A stretch of 64,000 nt of DNA, from assembly GCA_051047955.1 (NCBI GenBank), contig JBPGPT010000005.1:248001-312000 (forward strand). The letters run 5' to 3'. This document shows positions 53,705-64,000 of this stretch, in pieces. A model generated the notes under the pieces. It had not been told where the DNA came from. It saw only the letters and a program-made list of their open reading frames with translations, and searched no databases. Numbering within the stretch: position 1 is the stretch's first letter; every line of letters begins with the position of its first letter. Both the position numbers and the translations under genes were made by a program. The DNA is from Cystobasidiomycetes sp. EMM_F5 (Eukaryota).

Positions 53705-54986
53705 ATGAGCCTGACGCCGTTAAAGACTGCGTTGCGTTTGCGGACGAGCCAGAGCCTAGCTGGCTGTACTTGCTTGAGGGGAGCAAGATTCGTGCACTCG
53801 AGGCCAAATTTACCATACGATATTGCGCAAGGCGTACTGCCGTTTCTTTCAGCAAAAGCTCTACGCGGAACTGCCATCGAATGGCATCAAGGTAATCTCG
53901 ACAGGCTAAATGACTTGGCCCGCAGTAAGTTTGCTTGTTGCTTGCCAGCTTTACGTCGTATCAATCCGGCCATCCGAAAGATGTGAAGGGAACAGTTGTG
54001 CTAGTGTTCTGCCTGCTGACTTGTCTATTGTCGCCTCATAGACACCCCATTCGCAAATTCCAGCGTTGCGCAGACTGTCATCGGCGCATCAAAAGCTCGC
54101 GAACATGCATTAGTTTTCGCTTATGCTAGCGAAGCGCTCAATAATGGCTTCTTTCTTTCATCTCTAGTAAGCTGCGTTGAGCTGAGCTTTCGATTTACTT
54201 GAGCTGAAAACCCGTCCGTTGGATTAGACGACAGAAGCCGACAAGGAACCTTCGATAGACACACGATTCGTACAAGAAGCAATCTCACATTCCTTTGGCT
54301 CCATGACGTCCTTCATCAACTACTTTTCGTCCTATGCGAACGGCATGTTTGGCACCGGTTATGTCTGGCTAGTCATGGACGAGGAAGACAATCTCGCTGT
54401 TTTGGGAACGTATGGCGCCGGTACTATTCTCGTGCAAGGCCAGATGAACAGAGCACCAGAACTCGAACCCTTCGTAGCAGTTGATGCTTCGGGAGCGGAC
54501 ATTGCAGAGTCACTATCCCCACAGGCTGCGAGCCGCTCGCAGTCGTCGGCGGCAAAGATGGCACCCGTTGAGGATTTGGCTGACCCATCCGGATCAGGGG
54601 CCGAATCATCAAGTGCTGCAGGTCGGCCACAACAAAGTCGACGAACCGACACCCCTCCCGCACACACGCAGCAAAGTACAATAGACACGCCACGAAGAGC
54701 ATCTACTATGGCTAAAGCCGCGTGGGAAGACAAAGACAATCCGAAGTTCGACTACGCCTCCAGCAGTCTATCTACACGACCGGGTCGGACGAACAATATG
54801 CGATTTGCCAATGTCCATCCTCTGATGTGCCTCAGTCTGCATCCTCACGTCTATATCCCAGACTACGGCATCATGGGCAAGGAAAAGTACATTGAGGCTT
54901 TCTGGCACAACTTGGACTGGGACAGAGTCAACACTCGTTATGATGCAGTAAAGAGGCTTGTAAAGGCAAATAACACACGGTACTGA
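53705..54986 (+). CDS. Fe/Mn-SOD-fold mitochondrial ribosomal protein (mS42/mS43, Rsm26/Mrp1-like)
   Basis: Arg-rich presequence; SOD-like fold motifs (LPY..PFLS, ALNNGFF, FGTGYVWLV, PLMCLSLHPHVYIPDYG..FW..LDW) without the canonical DxWEHAYY ligand set. Confidence 0.8.
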
Positions 54987-55284
54987 ATGAGCACTCGTTC
55001 CGGATGTTGTATTGTGCAATGGCTACACCATGTCACATGCTCTGTGTTGCGGCTACGGAGGTGGATTATCGGCTGCTGTCAACAGTTGCGCTTTCGTTTG
55101 CTGACTCTGTCGCTCCGCGTCTGCGCGCTCTCGCAACCACGTCCTGATCTCACTTTCACTAGCGACACGACCAGTCTTTGTAAGCTCGCGTTGTGCTGTC
55201 TTGCGAAGCGTTTCGTTCTGTAGTCTCTGTTCCTACGGATTCAACGTTTATTAGTAATCTGCAGCGAAACCTCGCATTTTGTCA

Positions 55285-55748
55285 GCTCGCCTTCTCATAG
55301 GAAAGTAGATAGTGATCCGCCCATGTCACGAGCTATTGGAGTATCGATACAGTCGCTCTTAGCGGATTGCAAGCCGGCCGAAAGGCAATCATAATACTCA
55401 CACCAAACATTGTAAATCCGCTAACGATGAAGCCTTTTCCCGCTAAGGTTTGCCATCGGAACCATGGCCATGTATAATGTAGAGTAGTTGTGCATATCAG
55501 ACCGTATCTGATGGCAAAATATTGTTAGATTGGTCCTTCACTATTTTACGCAGATGGTCTTACAAGGTCCATCTGAGAGCGCCCTGATTCCAAGGAAGGA
55601 GTGTATATGCAATGTGATAGCAGGGGTCATAGATGCAATGCGAACAATCAGCCAGAAACCTTGTGTCTTATTTAATCGGTATTAATCTACCTCTGACGCG
55701 CCTGTCAGTATGAAAGGTTGAATATTCGAGGGAAGGAGGGGGACATCA
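55285..55748 (+). ncRNA. Candidate structured non-coding RNA 1 (putatively intronic; possibly an atypical H/ACA-type RNA)
   Basis: Nested inverted repeats 55305-310/55685-690, 55354-359/55576-581, 55359-368/55415-424, 55449-460/55507-518, 55551-557/55569-575 and 55584-589/55646-651; GCC-GAAA-GGC tetraloop; ends GGGACATC; no ORF. Confidence 0.55.
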
Positions 55749-55836
55749 GGAAGCGCGGTGAACAACGAGATAACTGTTGCATCCTACCAGCTACCTGGAG
55801 CTTGTAAGCTTCGGCTTGCCGTCGACGCCGATCTGC

Positions 55837-56106
55837 GTCCATTAATGCCAGTGAGCTGGTCAACAGCAAGGACGATGTTCAAGAGGATTAATATTTGAAG
55901 TGGTCGTATAGTCAATCTGCCAGCCTTATCATCGTCGTGTAGTATTCGCATTTGGGTTGTCAGAAAGCAGGGTTCGGCATTGTCATAACAAGTTCGCTGC
56001 CATGATGGCCTAAAGCGTTGACGTCTGCAACAGCGCCCGGCTTGTTACTTTGGTAGTTGGATGGCTCATATCCTGTTCATATAACTAAATGGGACCCGGG
56101 ACATCC
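55837..56106 (+). ncRNA. Candidate structured non-coding RNA 2 (putatively intronic)
   Basis: Pairings 55837-843/56088-095, 55844-849/55976-981, 55986-993/56040-047, 55995-999/56031-035 and 56054-058/56083-087; ends GGGACATC; flanked by donor GTAAGC (55804) and branch GCTAAT (56138). Confidence 0.45.
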
Positions 56107-56256
56107 TGCCAAAGCCTTCGCATTCCAACACTCTGCAGCTAATCAATATTCATTCGTACAAGATGACATAGCGTCCTATGATTGTGACCGTTTGGCCTGC
56201 AGTCGTAACGGTGACCCATCTGGCTGGAAAAGCGGAAGAGCACCATGTGCATCCAC

Positions 56257-56790
56257 TTAGAACGGCTTGTCGCTGGGTGGAATATCGTCGACGTAGTAGT
56301 TCCTCAGGAATGGGATCTGACAGGAAGAAGACGTAGGTCAGCGTGTACCAGTACAGCTAATGTCAAACATAAGTCATACTTTAAGCAGCAAATCATTTTT
56401 GAACTTGGGACTGCATGGAAGTAATTCAGGTCATGGCGTTTTCGGATGGTCGAGGAGAGGCAAGCGGAGTTCGAAAGCTGATCGTTAGCGAGAACCAGAG
56501 TCATACCCGCATAGCTGCACCCACATGGATGATGTGTAAAGCAAGACGCCAGAGCCAGCTGCGACACCCCAGACAGCCAACGTGGGGAGCCATCTTCCGA
56601 TAGTTTGAGGGGTGATGCCAGCGACATTGACTGAGGCAGATTTGAGCTCAGGACCAGATCTGGGGCAGAGTGTGCGAGTATGAGCCCATATGTTCAGTAT
56701 TTGCGACTTTTGAGGTTTATGTTCGCCCCGTTCGCTGCCGACATTCCAATCTCACCTCGTTGCGGCCCTCCTTGCAATGGTTGCAAACAT
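56257..56790 (-). CDS. QCR10: Cytochrome b-c1 complex subunit 10
   Basis: Four exons splice to MFATIARRAATRSGPELKSASVNVAGITPQTIGRWLPTLAVWGVAAGSGVLLYTSSIPKFKNDLLLKIPFLRNYYVDDIPPSDKPF*; absent from the ORF track. Confidence 0.9.
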
Positions 56791-56926
56791 GACTGTTGGC
56801 GCCTGCTGATGAGATTCGCTATGCAAGCTGCGCTGGACTGCAAGATTTGCTGAACGAAAGGCAGACAAGCAAGCCGCCGTGACGCTGGAGCGACGAGCAG
56901 GAACACGCTGATCGGGTCGATACTGA

Positions 56927-59900
56927 ATGAGCGCCAGCACTTCGCAGGCAGCTCCAGCAGTGAGCAGTGTGTCCTACGACGTGGTTCCGTGTATTAATGA
57001 GCTTTATTCCCGCCGTCCGTAGTGGAGGACCTTCAGCTTCTTCAATGCGCTGGCTGTACATGACCGTAATCAACCTGGAGCACCACCCAGCGTTTTCAAA
57101 GTAAGATGATGCCAATTGCTGTTACAGAAGGTCAGAGTCCTCGTTCTCTAATCCCGTTACTCCCGTGATGCAGTCCGCCTCCGAAGTTTCGACCATTGCG
57201 ACCGGTCAAGGAAGTGTTGTCGTAGCGGACATACACGGCCAGCTGCATCTATGCAGTCCAGATTTTGATGTAATCAAGACCTGGACCGCTCATGTAGACG
57301 GGCGAGTGACCCATGCAAAGTATGCAGGCACCAAGGGGATCCTCGTCACGCTTGGCGTAAGCCTGTACAATCAGTTTGGTTGTTCACGACATGCTGACAG
57401 TATGTTGCTCAGGAAGAGGACGGAACAGCGCATCCTGTACTCCAGGTATGGAATGTTAGAAACAAAGGTGCACCGAGGCTCCTCGCTTCTGGAAAAGTAC
57501 AACATGGAACCCGCTCGCACCCGGTCTCCGTTTTCGCAATGACACCCAGCCTGTCTCTGGTCGCGATTGGGATGGCTGACGGGACTGTACTGCTACTTCG
57601 ACAGCTGGACCAGTATATCCAGACTGCAGCCGGCTCTGCCACATCTGCTACTCCAGCAGGCTTACCAAAGCCGAAATTGATACACTCCTCACCAAGTGAC
57701 CCGATTACTGGACTCTGCTTCCGCACTGGTAATCTTTCGAGTAGTGTGACTGCAAATACTATTACCGGATCAGGTGCAGCCGCCCTCCAGAATACCGCCC
57801 CAACAGCAGACGCAAAGAACAATAACACCCTTCTATTCATCGTCACTACCCATCAGGTCTTGACCTATACAATGACTTCTATTGGAAAGGCTCTCTTGGG
57901 AAGCAGTGCGCATGCAGTGGTCATGGACGATGTTGGCGCGGCACTGGGCTGTAGTACTATGCTCACAAGCTCGTCTGAGCTAGTTCTTGCACGAGACGAG
58001 GCCATCTTTGTATATGGGCCGGAAGGCCGCGGCCAATCATACTTCTATGAAGGACCGAAGAGTGCAGTAACCTGCTATAGCAACTATATCTTGATCACAA
58101 GTCCGCCATTCATCCCGACGTCAGCTTCGCAATCAGCTACCGTGCGAAACTTCGTACGCGAACAAAGAGCAGTCGCGCAAGCCTCAGCACTCGCTTCCTA
58201 CGATACCTCAACAGATATTGCCAAAGTCACGATATTCGATCCCGAAAATCGATTCGTAGCCTTTTCTGGAGCGTTTCCTGATGGCGTGAGAGAGGTATTT
58301 GCCGAGTGGGGCGATATTTTCGTGCTCACAAATAGCAGCAAGCTTCATCGGCTTGTCGAGCAGTCAACGCAGGCCAAACTAGATGCGCTATTTGCAAAGA
58401 ATCTATGTAAGTGTGATTCACGTATGAAGACTGCTCCAGCTGATCACGCCAAGGACAGACATTCTAGCGGTCAATCTAGCTCGCTCTAGCTCGGCTGATG
58501 AGGGCGAGATCGCGGACATATACCGCAGATACGGTGACCACCTGTATGACAAGGCTGATTTCGACGGGGCAATGTCTCAATACATGAAGACAATTGGCAC
58601 TGTCCAGCCCTCCTACGTAATCAGACGCTTTCTCGATGGGCAGAGAATCAACAACCTCACATCATACCTTCAAGAGCTGCACACCCAGAAGTTGGCAAAT
58701 TCAGACATAACTACATTACTGCTCAATTGCTATGCCAAGCTGAAAGACGCCACGCGTCTGGATGAGTTCGTCAAGACTGCTTCTGCATCGGCTTCTGGCG
58801 AGCTGCCATTCGACCTTGAAACCGCCATCAGAGTATGCCGTCAAGCAGGCTACTTTGATCATGCCGTCTACTTGGCCAAAACTTTCGACCAACCTGATGA
58901 GTACTTGAGGATTCAGATTGAAGATCGCCATGAATGGACGGATGCCTTGCTGTTTATTCGCTCCTGCGACCAGGACAGAGCTGAAGCATACCTTCGCCGA
59001 TACGGCAAAACATTGTTGGCCGCGGTACCGGATGCTGCAACTCGGCTATTCGTAGACTTGTGCTGTGGCACACTTGACTCTTTATCTGTGGAGTTGACGG
59101 ACGACGCAACAAACGGAGGCAAGAAGCCGGCTTCGTCATCTCGCTCGTACCTCTCGTACCTGGCGTTGCAACGTCCGTCTGGATCGGCAGATACGCAGTC
59201 AGCAGTCTATCCAGCCAATGGTTCACCAGCTCGGAGGACTGGTGAACAGAGGAGTGCGGTTCCGCTGACACGACTGTCTTCGGATGGCGCGCGGGTACCC
59301 ACTGGTGTAGCGTCCGTACAAGGTCAGGACGACGAATTTTCCGGCATGGAACGGCCTATTTCCACAATTTCCACGTCTACTGACGTACTGCCGGCGCTCA
59401 AAGTGCCGTTACCAGCCGTTCGCCAATTCTTTGCGCATTTTATTGACGCTCCCGCAAACTTTGTTACCTTTCTGGAAAAGGTTGCCACCACACGATGGTC
59501 CGACCCCTCTACTGGCGAGACACAAGCCACTGGCGTAGATATGTTGGAACAGCAGGCTGTGTGGAACACGCTTATTGAGTTGTATTTATCTCGCGCGGAG
59601 TCTGAAGCGGAGCAGCGAAGTGCCCTTGAAGAGAAGGCCCTACGACTCATCAATCGCACAGGCGAACTTCCCATTGATACTTCGCAAGTCCTTCTCGTCT
59701 GTACCTCCGCAAACTTCGTGCCCGGTATGCTTGCGATATACGAGCAGCTGGGTATGTACGAAGACATTCTGCGTTTCTGGATGGACAGATCGCAAGATCC
59801 GTCCACAACCGTAGAAGACTCGCGCAAAGTCGTAGAGGTATTGCGAAAGTACGGCGGACTCAAGCCTGAGCTGTACCCTCTTACATTACGGTACCTTACC

Positions 59901-60479
59901 TCATCTTCAGATATTCTGGGACGTCATCACCCCGATCTGCTTAGCATCTTGGATCATATCGACAGGGAAAAGCTTATGCCTCCAATTGCTGTGATTCAAT
60001 CGCTGAGCAGGAGCGGCGTTGCAACTGTCGGAATGGTCAAGGACTATCTGCAACGTTCAATCGTATCTGAGCAAGAAGAAATTGATGCTGATAGGAGTCT
60101 GGCCGAGTCATACAGGACCGATCTGATCAGCAAAGAGAAGGAGATTGCCGAGATGACAGACCCGAAGAATCCGCGAGTGTTTCAGGTTACCCGCTGTTCC
60201 GCTTGCGGAGGTGGACTTGATCTCCCGGCTGTTCATTTCATGTGCAAACACTCTTATCATCAGAGATGTCTGGCGGATAACGAGGCGTCTTGTCCGAATT
60301 GCGCAGCAAATCACGGCGTTATCTTGGAGATCAAGGCAGCAAACGATCAATTGGCCGGTAGACACGACCTTTACATGCAGGAGCTAGAAGATGCAGATGA
60401 CCGGTTTGAGAGTGTGGTCTCCGCTTTTAGTAGAGGACTCATTACAGTCGACGAGGAGCAAAGGGCAAGGAAGCGATGA
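56927..60479 (+). CDS. VPS11: HOPS/CORVET core subunit Vps11/Pep5
   Basis: WRTFSFF start, beta-propeller region, YGDHLYDKADFDGAMSQY..QPSYVIRRFLD, and RING-H2 CSACGGGLDLPAVHFMCKHSYHQRCL..CPNC. Confidence 0.95.
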
Positions 60480-60782
60480 GGCAGTAGTTGTAGTTAATCC
60501 GCATCAGTGCTGAAGCAACATAAGTGTCTGTGCTAGGACTATGTCGTAACGATACATGAATAGCTAAGCATCGCGTCTGGCCTTGTAAACGTGGGCTGCG
60601 GATTCTATTAGTTTGTTTAATCTTTTCAGGTTTTTCTATGAACGTTGAATAACTATGTATGTTGGAAAGGAGCCACAAGTGCGCATTGAGCGATACTCGG
60701 AAAGAAGATCGAAAGCATCAACGTCATGCGACGTGTCCCGGTGCCACTAGAACAAGTTGAGACCTTGCTTGTGATGCGCTAC

Positions 60783-61731
60783 TCAACGCCAGCGAGCAGG
60801 GACAGCTGCCAAGAACCATTCTCCCCACGTCAGTACAGGAATCGGCTTCGGCTGTCCCTGCTTTGCACGAAGCAAACGAGGATTGGTGAAGATGTCGCGC
60901 TGCGGCTTCGGACCCCAAGTAAACCACGACTTAGGTTCAGGAGGCGGGAAGAGGAAGCGTTCGAGCTCCTGTACAGCAGTGGAGAAGACGCGATCGACGT
61001 TGAAGCCGAGTTTGGCAGATGCCTCGACATAGCAGCCGCCGTACAGCTCTGCAAGCTCTTTGCCTTCCTTGCGACTAACGGTTCTGTAAGAGCAAAGATG
61101 TTTAGCCGATACACGAGACGTTATCAAAGTCGAACGGCTCACCGACGAACGCCAGGCTCAACCTTGTTGGCGACAATGACGAGTGGTACGTGGCTGATGC
61201 CAACGCCAACCATGAGCTTGGCGAGGATGTGAGTAATCATTTCGAAAGACACGCGATCAGTGACGGAGTAGACGAGAATGTAGCCTGCGGAATGGGGCTT
61301 GGATGAGTAATTGTCTTGCTTCAACAACGAACACAGCGCACCATGAAGTCCGACAGCATACTTTGGTTTCAGAAAACCATACTCTTCGTGACCAGCAGTA
61401 TCGTAGATCTCGAGGCTATCAGGATGAGGTATGAAAGTTAGAAAGGGTGGCTTAACCTTAGACTGAAAAGCTTTACCTACCGATATGGCCGACCTTCAAA
61501 CTTGTAATCTTTGTAACTGACGGTTTCGAGGGAAGGGTAGTAGCCATACTCGTGGTCACCTCTGGGATCAAGAAAGGTACCGAGCAGGCAAGTCTTGCCA
61601 ACAGCGCACGAGCCAAGCATGAAGAGCTGTCGCTCTTCGCGGGCATAGGCACGAAGTCGGACATCGTCGGGGATAGGAGGCGTGTCCTGCGGGGCGATAG
61701 GTTGAACGAATGGCTGAGAAGGGCCAGGCAT
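60783..61731 (-). CDS. Divergent Rheb-like small GTPase (tandem paralog), no CaaX
   Basis: GSCAVGKT, YYPSLE, DTAGHEEY, GYILVYSV, NKVE and EASAK; three introns at the same positions as in the adjacent Rheb. Confidence 0.85.
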
Positions 61732-62633
61732 CTTGACGATGCCAGTGGCGATCAGATGGGAGAGTCCACAGGTAATGACCTCGACTGGATGTGCAGACAC
61801 GAGAGCAAGAGCAGACTAAAGTCCACTTCTTGTGCTCGATGGTGAGAGGCGGACAGAGAGCGGACCTGCCTACAGCCCGCCAGGTTGTTTTGTCGATTTA
61901 TGCGGCTGGATTATGGGAGGCTTGCAGGATTCGACTGTTTTCACGCCGCAGTTGCATTGATTTGTCAAAGACAATGGCTGTGCGTGACGACAGAGCTGCC
62001 CTGATCCGCGAGACAAGCAGTCAAGGCGGCAGTCAGCGACCCGCCGGGGATCCAGGCTACGGTTTCAGCTGAAAGCGGTCAGGGTCATCAAGGACGGAAG
62101 ATGCGCTGTGATGGAGGGGAGGAGAAGCATCATATTCAGTACACATAGATCACGCAGCAACATAACTTCGTGCAGGGGCTGATAAGGAAGCATAAAGGGG
62201 TGTAGAGGAACTGAAGGGGCCGACGATGATTTGGGCGTCAGAAGTTCTTGGAAAAGGAGTGTGACAGGTAGCAAGTCACGACAAGGGAACTTCTGCCAAT
62301 TCGAAGCTGAAATTCTGATTATTGCTTTGGCATAGTTTCATGGACGCAGGGGGATGATAAGAAATTTGGGCAGAGTGCTACAATGGGGAAGCAGAGATAT
62401 CGAAAGCGGTAGACAGACAACAAGGACAAACAACAGATAGCAAACAAAGACGCATATTCATGCTCGGAGGTTCATCTGGTGGAATTGGGTTTGAATGATC
62501 CCCGAATTATCGTGAATGTGATAATGCGGTTGACACGTACGACCACATCGTTACATTTCGCGGATATGTATAAAGTGTCGACAGACGATGCCATCTGTCA
62601 AAAGAGGGACATTATCCCCTGAGAACACCAATT

Positions 62634-63573
62634 TCACTGTTGTGAATTCGATGAGCCGCCGAAGACGCCCTTGAACCAAGTACCCCAGGATTCCTTCTGT
62701 CCAGTCGTACTCTTTGCGGATTCGGGATTCAAGTCCCCCTCAATCTCCTTGACCAGTAGTTGGAAGGCATTCTGTACGTTGTCATTGTGCTTGGCCGAAG
62801 CTTCGGTGAACGCACAGCCGAGGGACCGCGCCAACGCTTCGCCATCTTCAGTCTTCACGACTCTGCGTGCAATCAGCTAAGCCCCATGCTTGTCAAGATG
62901 GGTAAGTAGTATGCGACATACCGTTGCACGTTCAAGTCGCTCTTGTTGCCAACGATACACATTGGCACCTTGTCAACACCGGAGTACGACAGGATCTTCT
63001 CGCGAATGATGGGAATCATCTCAAAGGAGGCCTTGGACGCGATGGAGTAGACGAGAATGTAGCCTGAGCGGGTGTGGTATTCAACGTCAGCCATGTCTGC
63101 CGAACCATACCATTGACGGGAGGGCGGATTGCGCTCACCATGCCATCCTACGGCATACTTTGCATTCAATAGACTAAACTCGTCGTGCCCTGCTGTATCT
63201 TGGATTTCGAGGCTGCGTGAACGCTACATGTCAGCTGATCCGATACGCGGTCACAAACAACAGTACACCGCAGGCAGCTCACACATATTGCTTGTTCTTG
63301 TAGGTAAACTCCTTTGTGAAGCTCTCCTCGATGGTAGGGTAGTAGGATTCGACAAAATGGTTATCGCAGAACTGCAGGGTGAGCGAACTCTTGCCAACGC
63401 TGCGGGAGCCGAGAATGGCAATCTTGCGCTGCCTTGGAGGAACAGGCTTGCCAGACGGTGTTGTAGAGGCAGAAGTGCTGGCTAGCGGTGCTGGCCTTGT
63501 ATTACCGGTATCCAATCGTCAGCCCCTCCAATCTTAGCCTGGACGTATCCCATTCTCACCGTTCTTTCGGCAT
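62634..63573 (-). CDS. RHB1: Rheb GTPase, no CaaX box
   Basis: RKIAILGSRSVGKSSL..FVESYYPTIE, DTAGHDEF, NKSD and EASAK; first exon ATG at 63573 (MPKER); ends SWGTWFKGVFGGSSNSQQ*. Confidence 0.9.
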
Positions 63574-64000
63574 GACTGGCTATTTACCCAGCAGACGGCG
63601 ACACGTAGTCTCAGTACTTATTTGTTGTTGTGGAAACGAAACAACTGCCGTGTCTGTTAATTCCCGCAGTTTCGCCTGGACCAAACCAGGGTATGCTGCG
63701 CTTCGCACAGTATCCGAAACCTGCACCAAAACCGATTCCCTTTGTCCCAATGACAGACTGACGCTCAACCACGCATACAACCCACCAAAGTGACTGAGAT
63801 TGGTGTAAAAGCAGCCTGGATTACTTGGACAACAGCTTTGAAGTATCGCTTCTTCCGCCACTGCTGGGAGAATTGCCGGCAACTAATTCGAAGCCGGGTC
63901 ATTTTGGCTTGGACTGACCCAGCTTATGCAAGAAACGTAGCCTCTGCGGAGAGCTGGATACTGCACGCGCTACAATGTCCTTCAGAAGAGTCCCTGGAGC

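Noticed and set aside
53705..54986. SOD-like gene lacking metal ligands as a novel pseudo-enzyme
   Set aside because: Matches the already known SOD-fold mitoribosomal proteins mS42/mS43.
55937..55945. GTGTAGTA, the U2 snRNA branch-recognition sequence
   Set aside because: The flanks do not match U2 stem I or IIa, and there is no Sm site in the right context.
63975..64000. Possible start of the next + strand gene (MSFRRVPG)
   Set aside because: Truncated by the window edge; no supporting evidence.
1..64000. Numerous antisense or overlapping ORFs in the track; transposon, CRISPR, tRNA and rRNA candidates
   Set aside because: The ORFs are shadows of real genes in ~52% GC DNA. No transposase or RT motifs, terminal repeats, spaced arrays or cloverleaf/rRNA signatures were recognised.

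Overview
Compact, intron-rich eukaryotic DNA (~50-60 nt GT-AG introns with CTRAC/CTRAT branch sites, intergenic gaps often under 250 bp), typical of a yeast-like basidiomycete fungus; the lineage is my inference, possibly Pucciniomycotina. About 27 spliced protein-coding genes can be reconstructed by hand. Most are housekeeping: TRP4, RRP17, SEA4/MIO, dynactin p150, RCL1, SPO12-like, M28 aminopeptidase, zeta-COP, TVP38-like, FPK1-type kinase, OST2, SOD-like mitoribosomal protein, QCR10, VPS11 and Rheb. The most unusual elements are: (1) an intact but catalytically degenerate TRP4 paralog head-to-head with the canonical TRP4; (2) a ~1 kb apparently non-coding spliced locus whose two oversized introns each hold a highly base-paired RNA ending in GGGACATC; (3) a tandem pair of Rheb GTPases that both lack the CaaX box, end in Trp-rich tails and carry DTAGH; (4) a divergent HSF-type transcription factor hidden by short exons, including a 15-nt microexon; (5) a secreted protein flanked by nine SILTGVV repeats. 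No rRNA, tRNA, transposon or CRISPR feature could be supported. All gene models are manual, and boundaries are approximate where stated.
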